This document shows, piece after piece, positions 30,241 through 41,249 of a stretch of 64,000 nt of DNA (positions are counted from its first letter, which is position 1; each line of letters opens with the position of its first letter). The DNA is from an uncultured Rikenella sp. (GTDB lineage: Bacteria > Bacteroidota > Bacteroidia > Bacteroidales > VadinHA17), in NCBI GenBank assembly GCA_964635655.1, contig CAZWOC010000002.1, positions 84,319 to 148,318 on the forward strand, read 5' to 3'. The notes beneath the pieces were generated by a model. The model saw nothing but the letters and a program-made list of their open reading frames with translations, was not told the DNA's origin and made no database searches. The translations under genes were made by a program, and so were the position numbers.

Positions 30241-31293
30241 CTAGTTCTTGGTAATCGTACAGCTATATGTCGATGTTCCGATGAAAAGCCTGACGGTATA
30301 ATTACCGGCTGCATCTATTGGTATATCCTTGCTACCGCCGTTATTCCACAGGTTGGAAAGACTGTAACCCGGATTTGAGGCATCTCCCAGACCAAGATTA
30401 ATGCCGGCATCCCAGGTATCATTGACTCTGAATTTGACATGACCTACAATCAGGTTAAGAGTGATATGCCAGAACCCTCCGGCGGCGTCATATTCCATTT
30501 TGGAATCAGGAGCAGACCAGCCATTAGGAGTTGCTGATCCGATCAGTCCCACTGCAAATGGCTTAAGTTCATAAGTCATCGCGTTCACATCTACAGTCAG
30601 TTTGTTCCATCCGTTGGCTTCAGGAACAAGGGCCGGACCATTTGTCTGCAGTACTTTTGCGCTGCCTCCGTAAGTGGTATTGTTATCCGGATTCAGAAGC
30701 GTGAAAGGCTTTGCAATTTCAAGCTTTACATAACCCGAATATTTTCCGTCACCCAATGCAGATTCAATCTTCTGGACCAACCCCGAGTTGACAAGGTCGA
30801 GGCGTGGCAGACCATAAAGTGTTGCATTTACAGTCTTAATGGCTGAAGCATATGTGAACGTGTTGGTGCCGGTGCCGGGAGCTCCTGTACCTGCATCAAC
30901 AACCAGGGTTGCCCTCAGGCGGAAATCAAGCGACGTTGTAGCATCGGCCGGGAACTTTCTGATAAGGGTCCCGTTAATATCACTCACAGTCAGCTTCATT
31001 GATTTACACTGACTGCCTGACCAGATTGTCACCGGATCTGCAAAGGCACTTCCTGCGACTGCGGCGTCAATAAAATATGTTGCTGATGCCTGGAATCCGG
31101 GATCAACCGGAGTACCGACAAACTCAAGAACGTTGTTACCGTTGGCCCGGATAAGGGTTAAATCGGGAACCGTGGTCAGGACGGGGGGAACCGGATTGGC
31201 CGACATGGTGACAATGGTTCCATCTTTCTCGCAACCGGCAAGAATGGAAGCCAATCCTATGAATGTCAGATATATTAATAAATTCTTCTTCAT
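30241..31293 (-). CDS. susE: SusE-like starch-binding lipoprotein
   Basis: Lipobox LAGC; SusE N-domain; GLIGSATPNGW and KFRVNDTW CBM motifs. Confidence 0.82.
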   Translation of the reverse strand: MKKNLLIYLTFIGLASILAGCEKDGTIVTMSANPVPPVLTTVPDLTLIRANGNNVLEFVGTPVDPGFQASATYFIDAAVAGSAFADPVTIWSGSQCKSMKLTVSDINGTLIRKFPADATTSLDFRLRATLVVDAGTGAPGTGTNTFTYASAIKTVNATLYGLPRLDLVNSGLVQKIESALGDGKYSGYVKLEIAKPFTLLNPDNNTTYGGSAKVLQTNGPALVPEANGWNKLTVDVNAMTYELKPFAVGLIGSATPNGWSAPDSKMEYDAAGGFWHITLNLIVGHVKFRVNDTWDAGINLGLGDASNPGYSLSNLWNNGGSKDIPIDAAGNYTVRLFIGTSTYSCTITKN

Positions 31294-31311
31294 TTTTATT
31301 CACTTTAGAGA

Positions 31312-32943
31312 TTAATAACCTGGGTTATTCACGCCCTTGTAGTTCGGGTTGGCAGACAGTTCATCACCCGGTATGGGGAACAGGTTGAGGTGCTCCGATG
31401 TGCTGGTACCGGCGAATTCACCACCCTTCCACTGCCACAGGTAATCACCGCCCGTGAATTTGCCGAAGCGAACAAGGTCAGTCCTTCTCTGGGCTTCATA
31501 GTAAAATTCGCGGCCGCGCTCGTCGATTATGAAATCGATGTCAAGGTCAGCGGATGTGATATTACCGCTTGTATTCCCGTAGGCACGTTCCCTGATCTCA
31601 TTAATATCAGCGACAGCTGCGTCGATATTCGCGGCACCACCCATCCTGTACAGTGCTTCTGCCCTCATCATGTATGCATCGGCAAAACGGAACACCGGGA
31701 AGTCAGTACATGCATACGCTGTATTATAGTTTATCGGTTTGGAGCCGTCAGCATTGCGGGCCGTGAACTTATAAACCCCGATTCCGTAGTCACCGCTGGC
31801 TGACGGTGCAGGAATATTCTGGGCTTTCTTCCTCTTGAGGAATACCCTGTTATCAGCGCACTGAAGATAAAGTGAATCAGCTGCAGGAATCTGAACATTT
31901 CCGTATGTCGCAATTGTATCGACAAGCAGATCCAGGAAATTTACCCTTGCACGGTTTCCGTTCCAGTTGGTGTTTGAAGTCAGACCGTGAAAGTCTTCAG
32001 CCCTGATATATCTTGAGTCGCTGCTTGATTCAATCAGAAAAGTTGTGCCTACGTACCCCTGAACATTTACACCGTCCTGTTCCCATGCAAATATCATCTC
32101 CGGGTTGAGGCGGCCGTCATTGTCAGCGCTGAAATTTTGCCTGTAGTTTGTTGCCAGTGAGTACTTTCCGCTGTTGATTACTTTGTCACAGTAAACCTTG
32201 CAGTCATCCCATCTCGGAGTGCCGGTATAGACCTCGGCATTGAGGTAAAGGCGTGCAAGAAGCATCCAGGCAGCAGCCTGGTCTGCCTGGGGATATGAGA
32301 ATTTCGGAGCGCCGAGAGTATTCTCAATTGCAAGAAGTTCAGATTCGATATAGTTGAATATCTGCGTTCTTGTGCCGATTTCCGGGAAGAACTTGCCCAC
32401 ACCGTCTTCTTCGGTTGTAAGCGGGAACTGGCCGAAGAGGTCAATAGCCCATGTGTAAGCCAGGGCCCTCAGAAAGCGAGCTTCTGACACATACCGCACA
32501 ACATCCGGGTCACTGTTTCCCTGTGCCCTGACAATGAAATCATTGGCGTATGTAATACTCAGTGCCAGACGCTGGTAAAGAGCGGTAAGGAACGAGTTGC
32601 TCGGGCTCCATGTCTGGGTGTTGAGGTCGGCTATACCAACATCGGTCCATGCACATATGGCCTCATCGGTTGTAATCTCCTGAAGGTTCCAGAGAGCCCT
32701 CATTGTAGTGAAGAAGTTCTCGTCCGATGCTGCAATATCAGCACCACCGTTTGAGCCCTGACCAGAGATAATAAAACTGGCATAGATCTTACCAAGGGCC
32801 ATCTTCATGTAAGCGGGATCATCACCCAGATTGCCGGCAAGGATTTTTGTCGGGTCCTGAGGGGTGACATCCAGATCCTTCACGCATGATGAAACCATCA
32901 GCGCTGAAAGTATAATTCCGAATATTAAAATCTTCTTGTTCAT
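31312..32943 (-). CDS. susD: SusD starch-binding lipoprotein
   Basis: Lipobox SSC; TTDEAICAW, EARFLRA, RLYLNA, DFPVFRFADAYMM, DERGREFYYE, RRTDLVRF. Confidence 0.94.
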   Translation of the reverse strand: MNKKILIFGIILSALMVSSCVKDLDVTPQDPTKILAGNLGDDPAYMKMALGKIYASFIISGQGSNGGADIAASDENFFTTMRALWNLQEITTDEAICAWTDVGIADLNTQTWSPSNSFLTALYQRLALSITYANDFIVRAQGNSDPDVVRYVSEARFLRALAYTWAIDLFGQFPLTTEEDGVGKFFPEIGTRTQIFNYIESELLAIENTLGAPKFSYPQADQAAAWMLLARLYLNAEVYTGTPRWDDCKVYCDKVINSGKYSLATNYRQNFSADNDGRLNPEMIFAWEQDGVNVQGYVGTTFLIESSSDSRYIRAEDFHGLTSNTNWNGNRARVNFLDLLVDTIATYGNVQIPAADSLYLQCADNRVFLKRKKAQNIPAPSASGDYGIGVYKFTARNADGSKPINYNTAYACTDFPVFRFADAYMMRAEALYRMGGAANIDAAVADINEIRERAYGNTSGNITSADLDIDFIIDERGREFYYEAQRRTDLVRFGKFTGGDYLWQWKGGEFAGTSTSEHLNLFPIPGDELSANPNYKGVNNPGY

Positions 32944-32963
32944 ATCTGCTTATCGTTATATTA

Positions 32964-35921
32964 TTAGAAGGTAAGCCCTATACCGAGCATGTAAGTGCGT
33001 GGCCTGGGATAGAAGTTATTGTCAATACCACCCGAGACCTCAGGGTCAAGACCGCTGTACCTGGTCACTATCAACGCATTCTGTACGGTGAAGCTGACAC
33101 GTGCACCCATTGCGCCAAAGAGATTGTCAAACCTGTATCCTGCACTGACGTTGTCAAGTTTCAGGAACGAGGCATTCTCAACAAAGTAATCACTGGAGTA
33201 CTGACGCTTGACAAAATTGGTTTCGGCCAGTGCCCTGGTGAAGTTCTTCCAATAGCCGATCTGCTGCATCTGGTCATATGACGCGCTGGCTGCAACCTGG
33301 TTGTAAACATAGTTGCCAATGCTTGCACGTGCAGATGCCGAGAGATCAAAATTCTTGTATTCAAACCTTGCAGAGAGACCAAAAAGGTAATCTGCAACCG
33401 GGTTATGGTAGATGTATTTGTCTGCATTGTCACCGCCGACAACACCACCTTCTCCTGTCTCATCAACATAAAGCCCCTCAATTGGTGCACCGTTGGCATT
33501 GTACACCTGACGGTTGACGAAGAAAGCATAGGCAGGATAACCAACCCTGGTAACCTGCTTGGTGCCTGTCATACCATCACCGTAGGTAATCCCGATATAA
33601 GTGGGGTCATCAGTAAGCAGGAGCTTCGTTATCTCATTTACATTGTATGTGGCATTCAGACCGAACGAAAGAAGCATGTCATTCGTTGAAACCGGGATGA
33701 AGTTAAGTGATATCTCGGCTCCGTTATTCTCGAGGCTCCCCACGTTTGTAAGCAGCCTGTTCGAGAAGTTGCTTCCGCTTGATACAGTAACCGAGTTCAG
33801 CAGGTCATCAGTGACCCTTTTATAAAGGTCTATTGAACCGGTTATGCGGTCATTTATGAATCCGAAATCGAGACCGATGTTCATCGTCGTCGTCTCCTCC
33901 CACTTGATGTCGGGGTCATATGCATCGGGCCTGAGTGTCGGAACGAATTCGCCGTCAATGTAATAATATGAACCCTCTGATGACTGACGGTAAAGTGCCT
34001 GTGCCGGGTAGTCGTTGCCGATATCCTGCTGGCCGGTGATACCCCAGCCTAACCTGAGCTTGAGGTTTGTAACAGCCTTGACATTCTTAAGGAACGATTC
34101 ATCCTTGATTTTCCAGGCAAGGGCCACTGAAGGAAACATACCCCAGCGGTTTGCTTTGGCAAACCTTGAAGAGCCGTCTTCGCGGAGAGTGAATGTTACA
34201 AGGTACTTGTCAGCAAGCGTGTAATTCACACGGCCGAAAAATGAAACAAGGTAGTTCTCGGTAATAAATGAAGAACTGTCTGATTTCTGGTAGAGTGGAT
34301 GCTCAGCATCAACCCTGCTCCTCGTATAGCTGTCACCTTCCCTCTTGAAATGCTGCCATGAATAGCCTGCAGTAACATCAAGTGCGCTGTTGATACTCTG
34401 CAGATCCTTGTTGTAATTCATATAGAAGTCAAGCAGATTGTTATAGTTAGTGCCACTGTAGTCTGACAGCTTTCCGTACAGAGGTGCAGTCAGAACCGAA
34501 GGTGACGTCTTGGGACGGTTGTTATGACCGTCGCTTGCCGAATAGTCGGTTGCAAGGTTGAGGTTAGCCCTCAGTTCAGGAAGGAAGGGCAGCGTGTAGT
34601 CTACCTGTATGTTACCGATTACTCTGTTGACTATCGACTTATTGTCAATTGAAAGCGCCTGCTCAACAGGATTGGGAGTGCCAAGGTTTGCACCGTAGTT
34701 TGCCCACTGGAAGTACCCGTCATAGTTTTCACTGCCGTCCTTAATGACCTGGGTGGGATCCATATTGACAGCAGATCCTATTGCACCTGAATCACCGAAG
34801 TTGTGATGAGAATTCATCCCCTTGACGTTCATGTTGATCTTCAGCCTGTCACTGAAGAAGGTCGGGTTAAGACTCAATGATCCGGTAAATCTCTGCATAT
34901 CAGTATTCTTCAGGATACCGTTCTGGTCGGTTAAACCTATTGACAGCCTGTAGGGAAGTGAGCTGACAGCCCCGGAGAGGCTAAGGTTATGATCATGTGA
35001 AACAGCAGTGCGGAATATCTCCTTCTGCCAGTTGGTATTCCGGGTTCCGAGAAGAGCAAGGTTGTCAATGCCGAACAGGTTTGATTTCTCGAGAGCCAGT
35101 TGCCTGATCTCGTCACCAGAGAATACATCGACGAATGCAATGGCGTTTGCCACTGATACATTGCCGTCATATGATACCGTCAGTGGTGAGCCTGCTGTTC
35201 CTTTTTTTGTTGTGATAAGGATAACCCCGTTTGATGCACGTGAACCGTAGATGGCTGTTGCGGAGGCATCCTTCAGGACGGTGAAGGTCTCGATGTCATT
35301 CGGGTTTACAAATGACAGTATGTTCGAGCTTCCTGATACATTGTTATTGTCAATCGGAACACCGTCGATGATAATGAGCGGGTCATTTGAAGCATTCAGT
35401 GACGAGCCGCCGCGTACACGTATTGTTGCGCCACTGCCCGGTTCACCACCGGCGGTGGTGATTACAACACCGGCGCTCTTGCCCACAAGCAGATCCTGCG
35501 GCGAGGTGATGGCGCCTTTGTTGAAGTCCTTCGAGCTTACAGCTGCCACAGATCCTGTGGCATCGCTCTTTTTGACTGTACCGTAGCCGATTACCACTAT
35601 CTCATCAAGAGCCTTGACATCGGTGCGCATCTCGACATTGATTACATTACCCTCACCGACGGTGATCTCCTGAGGCAGGTAACCGATAAATGTGAATACA
35701 AGGACATCGCCCGGCTTTGCCATCACGGAGTATTCTCCGTTAACGCCGGTAATTGTTCCCGTTAGCGTGCCTTTAACAAGGACGTTGACCCCGGGTAACG
35801 TCTGTCTGTCGGCTGCATCGGTAACTGTACCTGACACCCTTACCTGTTGCCCGAAGACAACAAGACTCATCATTATGCCGAAGGTCAGCATGAAGAGCCG
35901 TTTTCCAGTTAGTTTCTCCAT
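32964..35921 (-). CDS. susC: SusC TonB-dependent maltodextrin transporter
   Basis: VVIGYG, VLKDASATAIYGSRASNGVILITTK, YPRPRTYMLGIGLTF. Confidence 0.96.
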   Translation of the reverse strand: MEKLTGKRLFMLTFGIMMSLVVFGQQVRVSGTVTDAADRQTLPGVNVLVKGTLTGTITGVNGEYSVMAKPGDVLVFTFIGYLPQEITVGEGNVINVEMRTDVKALDEIVVIGYGTVKKSDATGSVAAVSSKDFNKGAITSPQDLLVGKSAGVVITTAGGEPGSGATIRVRGGSSLNASNDPLIIIDGVPIDNNNVSGSSNILSFVNPNDIETFTVLKDASATAIYGSRASNGVILITTKKGTAGSPLTVSYDGNVSVANAIAFVDVFSGDEIRQLALEKSNLFGIDNLALLGTRNTNWQKEIFRTAVSHDHNLSLSGAVSSLPYRLSIGLTDQNGILKNTDMQRFTGSLSLNPTFFSDRLKINMNVKGMNSHHNFGDSGAIGSAVNMDPTQVIKDGSENYDGYFQWANYGANLGTPNPVEQALSIDNKSIVNRVIGNIQVDYTLPFLPELRANLNLATDYSASDGHNNRPKTSPSVLTAPLYGKLSDYSGTNYNNLLDFYMNYNKDLQSINSALDVTAGYSWQHFKREGDSYTRSRVDAEHPLYQKSDSSSFITENYLVSFFGRVNYTLADKYLVTFTLREDGSSRFAKANRWGMFPSVALAWKIKDESFLKNVKAVTNLKLRLGWGITGQQDIGNDYPAQALYRQSSEGSYYYIDGEFVPTLRPDAYDPDIKWEETTTMNIGLDFGFINDRITGSIDLYKRVTDDLLNSVTVSSGSNFSNRLLTNVGSLENNGAEISLNFIPVSTNDMLLSFGLNATYNVNEITKLLLTDDPTYIGITYGDGMTGTKQVTRVGYPAYAFFVNRQVYNANGAPIEGLYVDETGEGGVVGGDNADKYIYHNPVADYLFGLSARFEYKNFDLSASARASIGNYVYNQVAASASYDQMQQIGYWKNFTRALAETNFVKRQYSSDYFVENASFLKLDNVSAGYRFDNLFGAMGARVSFTVQNALIVTRYSGLDPEVSGGIDNNFYPRPRTYMLGIGLTF

Positions 35922-36042
35922 AAATTGATCAGTTTAGTTGCAGTTTTCTGAATTGATATATTGCTAAAGTATTTACATGGTTTAGGGGACGATAAAATTC
36001 AAGCTTTTTTCAATGTTAACCAACTCTTTTTCAGGTTTTTTA

Positions 36043-36068
36043 CGCAAACGATACCGCAAACGTTTGAA
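36043..36068. promoter_or_regulatory. Tandem putative LacI operators between the divergent susC and lacI genes
   Basis: CGCAAACGATAC and CGCAAACGTTTGAA. Confidence 0.65.
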
Positions 36069-36149
36069 TTGAGGAGGAAGTTGATTTTGTACCTGTAAAA
36101 CAGTTGTTTTTTTTATATCTTTACAACTAACAGTTTTCCCTCCCCTGAT

Positions 36150-37163
36150 ATGAGCAGAGAAAATATCACAATCAAGGATATTGCGCGCGAGCTGGGAATA
36201 TCACCTTCAACAGTCTCAAGGGCTCTGAAGGATCACCCTGATATAAGCCAGGCAACACGTGATGCCGTAAATGAACTCGCAGAACGGTGGAACTACAGGC
36301 CTAACCCCATTGCCCTGAGCCTTAAAAGCGGCTCTTCGAAGACTGTCGGGGTTATTATCCCTGACGTGGTACACTACTTTTTCTCGACAGTAATCAGTGG
36401 AATAGAGGATGTGGTCTACCAGCATGACTACAACATGATCCTTTGCCAGAGCAACGAGATGTGGGAGCATGAGGTAAAGAATATCCGGACTCTTCTCTCC
36501 AGCCGTGTTGACGGCATTCTCGCTTCTGTTGCCAAGACCACTTCAGATTTCGGGCATTACCGTAGCATCCTCGAAAAGAATATCCCCCTCGTATTCTTTG
36601 ACCGGGCTGCGGAGGAGATAAATACAGACAGTGTTGTGATAGATGACGAGACTGGTTCTTACAAGGCTGTGAATCACCTCCTCCGTACCGGGAAGAAAAG
36701 GATAGTACACCTCTCAGGTCCGCCTCAACTGGCGATAGCCCGCAACAGGATGGCAGGATACCTCAGGGCGATGAAGGAATACCGTCTGGAACCGCCTTCA
36801 GGTGATATAGTAAAATGCGATGACATAGAGAGTGCCGAGAGACTCATCCCGGCATTGCTTGCCCGGACGCCCAGACCTGAAGCATTCTTTGCAGTCAATG
36901 ACCTGACTGCAGCGCAGACACTGATGATTGTGAAGCGTCACGGTCTGAGAATACCTGAGGATGTCGCAATAGTCGGATTCACAAACAGCCAGATAGCCAC
37001 CCTCACTGACCCGGGGCTGACTTCAGTTGACCAGAAGGGGTTTGAAATGGGTCAGACAGCTGCACGGCTCCTCATTGACAGGATAGAAAACCGCCGCGGA
37101 ACTGTCCAGAACAAGGTTATCACCTCTGAGCTTGTAATACGGGGTTCGTCATCAGTAAAGTGA
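36150..37163 (+). CDS. LacI-family repressor (MalR-like)
   Basis: TIKDIARELGISPSTVSRAL HTH, YRPNPIALSL hinge, periplasmic-binding-fold C-terminal domain. Confidence 0.95.
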   Translation: MSRENITIKDIARELGISPSTVSRALKDHPDISQATRDAVNELAERWNYRPNPIALSLKSGSSKTVGVIIPDVVHYFFSTVISGIEDVVYQHDYNMILCQSNEMWEHEVKNIRTLLSSRVDGILASVAKTTSDFGHYRSILEKNIPLVFFDRAAEEINTDSVVIDDETGSYKAVNHLLRTGKKRIVHLSGPPQLAIARNRMAGYLRAMKEYRLEPPSGDIVKCDDIESAERLIPALLARTPRPEAFFAVNDLTAAQTLMIVKRHGLRIPEDVAIVGFTNSQIATLTDPGLTSVDQKGFEMGQTAARLLIDRIENRRGTVQNKVITSELVIRGSSSVK

Positions 37164-38009
37164 CCCCGCCCCGGCCATCTCAGCAAACCTGCCTTTCCTG
37201 CCGGCCCTGATACCTTTTGGCGTTTCTGTGAGAGAACAGCATTCATATTGCGGATCATGCTGGAAAACAAGCAGATAGTCATTATGCAGAGCCTCCAGAA
37301 GTATCTCCTGCTTTTCAGCTATTGTGACCAGCGGGAGAAGATCATACGCCATATTCCATAACAGCGGGATGTGTGCAACAGTCGGTATCAGATCACCCGT
37401 ATAAACAAGTGTCTTTCCATTGTAACTGATTAACGGTACCATAAGTCCCGGTGTATGGCCGTAGCATATTCTCAGCGTCACTCCGGGATATAGCTCGCCT
37501 GGTTCTTCAACCAGGTTCAGCCGGCCGCTTTCGCCGAATGGCCGGATGTTTTCAGGCAGGAAAGCATCCTCCTCCCTCAGGTTTGATTCATTGGCCCACT
37601 CCCACTGGGCCCGGCTGATGTGATAAATGGCATTTGGAAACACCGCTACAGTGGTTCCGTCCGGTCCATTTGCAAAACAGCCCCCGCAGTGGTCTGCATG
37701 CAGATGGGTGATGATGATGTCAGTTACATCCTCCGGCTTGTAACCGCACTCCGCCAGACCGCCGGCAAGACCTGACCCTCCATGGAGATAAGAGTGGCGG
37801 AAGAACTTTTCATCCTGCTTGTCACCCCATCCTGCATCCACAAGAATAACTCTTCCCTCCGTCTCAACCAGAAGCGACGTGAGCGACAATTCGATCGTGT
37901 TGTTCTCATCTGACTGCGCCTGCCGGCTCCAGAGAGCTTTCGGGATAACCCCGAACATAGCCCCGCCGTCAACCCTGAAATCCGATATATTGAAAAGCAA
38001 AACTTTCAT
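37152..38009 (-). CDS. MBL-fold metallo-hydrolase (YtnP-like)
   Basis: [36 protein letters not shown]. Start MKVLLF at 38009; the track's extension to 38195 overlaps zupT. Confidence 0.9.
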   Translation of the reverse strand: MKVLLFNISDFRVDGGAMFGVIPKALWSRQAQSDENNTIELSLTSLLVETEGRVILVDAGWGDKQDEKFFRHSYLHGGSGLAGGLAECGYKPEDVTDIIITHLHADHCGGCFANGPDGTTVAVFPNAIYHISRAQWEWANESNLREEDAFLPENIRPFGESGRLNLVEEPGELYPGVTLRICYGHTPGLMVPLISYNGKTLVYTGDLIPTVAHIPLLWNMAYDLLPLVTIAEKQEILLEALHNDYLLVFQHDPQYECCSLTETPKGIRAGRKGRFAEMAGAGSLY

Positions 38010-38085
38010 TATTAAGGATTGTTTATGTATGCAAGATAGCCAATTTTGGTATTTTTGGAATGTAATTTTTGACTCTGCGGCAGTG

Positions 38086-38895
38086 ATGGACCCTGATTTC
38101 AATACTATATTGTTTGCCTTCATGCTGACCCTTTTTGCCGGTCTCTCGACCGGTGTGGGCAGCACTATTGCCTTCTTTGCAAAGAAGACAAACACGAAGT
38201 TTCTTACAGTCAGCCTTGGTTTCTCAGCCGGTGTTATGATTTACGTCTCTTTTGTTGAGATCTTCGTCAAGGGGCGGGAGGTGCTTACTGAAGCGATGGG
38301 CATGCGCCAGGGATGGTGGCTGGCAGTAATAGCCTTCTTTTCCGGTATTGCCCTCATAGGCATTATCGACAGACTAATACCTTCCCAGGAAAACCCCCAC
38401 GAGTTTAAAAAAATTGAAGGCGGAGAAGAAGAACAGCGAAGCGGGAGACTGCTTCGCATGGGAGCAATGACTGCCATTGCAATCGGAATTCACAACTTCC
38501 CGGAAGGTCTTGCCACATTCACCGCCGCCCTCTCTGACCCTCAGATAGGGGTGGCAATCGCAGTGGCGGTGGCCATTCACAACATACCTGAAGGTATCGC
38601 TGTTTCAGTTCCGATCTACTATGCTACAGGAAGCAAGAGAAAAGCCTTCAGGCTCTCATTCCTCAGCGGTATTGCCGAACCAGTCGGCGCCCTTGCCGGA
38701 TACCTGTTACTTCTGCCGATAATGAGTGATACGCTCATGGGAGTCCTTTTCTCATTCGTGGCCGGCATTATGGTATTCATCTCACTCGACGAGCTGCTCC
38801 CTGCAGCTGAGAAGTATGGCGAACACCACCTTTCAATTTATGGCCTTATATCCGGTATGGCTGTAATGGCACTCAGCCTGTTGCTCTTTAAATAA
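38086..38895 (+). CDS. zupT: ZIP-family zinc transporter ZupT
   Basis: [32 protein letters not shown]; ATG at 38086. Confidence 0.94.
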   Translation: MDPDFNTILFAFMLTLFAGLSTGVGSTIAFFAKKTNTKFLTVSLGFSAGVMIYVSFVEIFVKGREVLTEAMGMRQGWWLAVIAFFSGIALIGIIDRLIPSQENPHEFKKIEGGEEEQRSGRLLRMGAMTAIAIGIHNFPEGLATFTAALSDPQIGVAIAVAVAIHNIPEGIAVSVPIYYATGSKRKAFRLSFLSGIAEPVGALAGYLLLLPIMSDTLMGVLFSFVAGIMVFISLDELLPAAEKYGEHHLSIYGLISGMAVMALSLLLFK

Positions 38896-38961
38896 ACAAA
38901 AGTTGCCCGAATCTGTTGGATAAATATATATTTGCAAGCTTTTATAAACCAAAAAAGAATT

Positions 38962-39432
38962 ATGATGAAAAGAACACTGACTGTCATTCTTGTGCTGGCA
39001 GCACTTGCAACAGCGGCTCAGGCACAGAGCTTCAAATCAGCTATCGGACTCCGGGGAGGCGACCCCTCGGGTGTGACTTTCAAAACGTTCATTAACAGCA
39101 CAAATGCAATCGAACTGACTGCCGGAACCGGCTACTGGGGACACAACTTTTCAATCACCGGTTTTTACCAGTGGCAGAAACCGACTGACTGGACACCCAA
39201 CCTCGACTGGTTCGTCGGCCCCGGAGCACACATCGGTTTCTGGAATGATTACTACAAGGACGAGTACAGCACCGGAATCCTTATCGGTGTTGACGGTATA
39301 ATCGGGCTTGAATACACATTCGATGACATACCTCTGAACCTTGGCATCGGTGTAGGACCGGCAATACAGCTTACAAGCGGCCCCGGCTTCATCTACTGGA
39401 ACGGCGGATTCGCAGCCAGATACGTTTTCTGA
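38962..39432 (+). CDS. Small outer-membrane beta-barrel protein, unknown function
   Basis: Signal peptide, alternating beta-strand pattern, GIIGLEY, terminal ARYVF. Confidence 0.7.
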   Translation: MMKRTLTVILVLAALATAAQAQSFKSAIGLRGGDPSGVTFKTFINSTNAIELTAGTGYWGHNFSITGFYQWQKPTDWTPNLDWFVGPGAHIGFWNDYYKDEYSTGILIGVDGIIGLEYTFDDIPLNLGIGVGPAIQLTSGPGFIYWNGGFAARYVF

Positions 39433-39444
39433 TAAGTGGCTGAC

Positions 39445-39485
39445 CTCCCGGCTGTCTGAAGATCAGGAGCCGGGAGATATATTTT
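39445..39485 (+). terminator. Putative terminator
   Basis: CTCCCGGCT / AGCCGGGAG stem followed by an AT/T-run. Confidence 0.5.
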
Positions 39486-39549
39486 TAAAAAATTTTTGCA
39501 GATTAAAAAAAAGATGCCATCTTTGCATCCGCTTTTTAAAGTTCTTTAA

Positions 39550-39621
39550 GGTCCATTCGTCTAGTGGTTAGGACGTCAGGTTTTCATCCTGGTAACAGGG
39601 GTTCGATTCCCCTATGGACTA
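39550..39621 (+). tRNA. tRNA-Glu(TTC)
   Basis: GGTCCAT...ATGGACT acceptor stem, TCAGG-TTTTCAT-CCTGG anticodon arm, GGTTCGATTCC T-arm; CCA not encoded. Confidence 0.96.
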
Positions 39622-39644
39622 CAAAATTACAATAAACAAACAGT

Positions 39645-39899
39645 ATGGCTAACCATAAGTCGGCGCTCAAAGCCGCAAGACAGGCAGAGACACGGAAGGA
39701 AGACAACAAGTATTACGCACGTACGATGCGTAACTCCCTCAAGAAGATTCGTAAGACTACTGAAAAGGCAGAGGCGGAAAAGATGCTTCCGGAACTTAAT
39801 GCTATGCTTGACAAGCTTGCAAAAAAGAATGTCATCCATAAAAACAAGGCTTCCAACCTCAAGTCTTCCATCACGAAACACGCTCAGAGCCTGAAATAG
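39645..39899 (+). CDS. rpsT: 30S ribosomal protein S20
   Basis: MANHKSALK...[11 protein letters not shown]. Confidence 0.97.
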   Translation: MANHKSALKAARQAETRKEDNKYYARTMRNSLKKIRKTTEKAEAEKMLPELNAMLDKLAKKNVIHKNKASNLKSSITKHAQSLK

Positions 39900-39985
39900 G
39901 GTTCTGATCCGGATATTTTCACAGCCGTTGCTTCATTGTGACGGCTGTTTTTTTTATATTGCAGTGGGATAATACGTTTTGCTGC

Positions 39986-40669
39986 ATGTCAATGAAGATC
40001 ACAGACTGGGCTGTCGAGGACAGGCCCCGTGAACGGCTCTGGAACAAGGGCCCGTCAAGCCTCAGCGATGCTGAGCTGTTAGCCATTCTGATCGGATCAG
40101 GAACAAGGAACAACTCTGCCCTTGATCTGGCACGCGAACTGCTGGCCCTGGCCGGCAACTCACTTGGGCAGCTGGGAAGACTCAGCGCCGGCGAGATACG
40201 AAAAATAAAGGGGATGGGCGAAGCAAAGGCAGTAACAATTGCTGCCGCCCTTGAACTGGGCCGGCGCCGCAAAATGGCCGAAGCCTCCGAAAACCCACAG
40301 ATCCGGTCATCGGCAGATGTGTTCAGCATCATCAGCCCACTGATGGAAGACCTCAGCCACGAGGAATTCTGGATACTCTTCCTCAACCGTGCAAACCGTG
40401 TCACCGGCCGTATGAAAATCAGCCAGGGTGGCGTCAGCGGAACCGTCACCGACGTCCGGATTGTATTGAAGAAGGCGATAGAGACACTTGCATCAGGACT
40501 TGTAATATGCCATAACCACCCTTCGGGGAATACGAGTCCGAGCGACTCCGACATCCGCATCACACAGAAGATCAAGGAGGCAGGAGCACTCATGGATATC
40601 CAGCTGCTTGATCACCTGATAGTTGCAGGGAAGGATTATTACAGCTTTGCAGACAACGGGGCGCTTTAA
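39986..40669 (+). CDS. radC: RadC/JAB-domain protein
   Basis: EDRPRERL, LSDAELLAILIGSG, HNHPSG, PSDSD, LLDHLI; start at 39986 or 39992. Confidence 0.94.
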   Translation: MSMKITDWAVEDRPRERLWNKGPSSLSDAELLAILIGSGTRNNSALDLARELLALAGNSLGQLGRLSAGEIRKIKGMGEAKAVTIAAALELGRRRKMAEASENPQIRSSADVFSIISPLMEDLSHEEFWILFLNRANRVTGRMKISQGGVSGTVTDVRIVLKKAIETLASGLVICHNHPSGNTSPSDSDIRITQKIKEAGALMDIQLLDHLIVAGKDYYSFADNGAL

Positions 40670-41178
40670 AACTGCCGGGCTGCCAGCCTCACATCCGAAT
40701 TGTCTTCACAGAACTGAAGCATTTCAGCCACTGTAAGCCCTGTAACAGGATGAACAGCTTCCGGTGCCACCTCCTGAAGCGGCTCCAGCACAAAACGCCT
40801 TGTATGAAGCTTCGGGTGGGGAACCTCAAGCCCCGGGAGGGAAATTACACGGTCATCCCAGAAGAGAATGTCAAGATCAATAATCCGGGATTCATACTTT
40901 CCGCCACCGCTCTTTTTGCGCCCCAACCGCCCTTCAATTGACCTGAAAAGCTGAATGAGCCTGGCAGGTTCGAGGCTCGTCCTGATGACAATGACCATGT
41001 TCAGGAACTGCTCATCAGCATCAAACCCCCACGGTTCTGTCTCCCAGACAGATGAAGCCGCCGTTATCTCTCCCGCCTCCTCCCTTATCAGTTCCATGGC
41101 ACGCTTCAAAGCATCAAACCTGTCTCCGAGGTTGCTCCCGAGGCCGGCAATGACCTTCGATGTGGCTGATAATTTCAT
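40666..41178 (-). CDS. folK: HPPK (2-amino-4-hydroxy-6-hydroxymethyldihydropteridine diphosphokinase)
   Basis: GLGSNLGDR, ETEPWG, FLNMV, SRIIDLDIL, PHP, RRFVLEPL. Confidence 0.95.
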   Translation of the reverse strand: MKLSATSKVIAGLGSNLGDRFDALKRAMELIREEAGEITAASSVWETEPWGFDADEQFLNMVIVIRTSLEPARLIQLFRSIEGRLGRKKSGGGKYESRIIDLDILFWDDRVISLPGLEVPHPKLHTRRFVLEPLQEVAPEAVHPVTGLTVAEMLQFCEDNSDVRLAARQF

Positions 41179-41249
41179 GACGAGCGGTTTAGGACCTTAA
41201 AGATGCCTGTTTTTTTTATAATTTGGCCAAATAAATCAAAAGCATTCAG

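Noticed and set aside
39938-40669. radC/JAB gene as a marker of a mobile element or defence system
   Set aside because: Full-length chromosomal type in a housekeeping context (rpsT, folK), with no mobility genes nearby.
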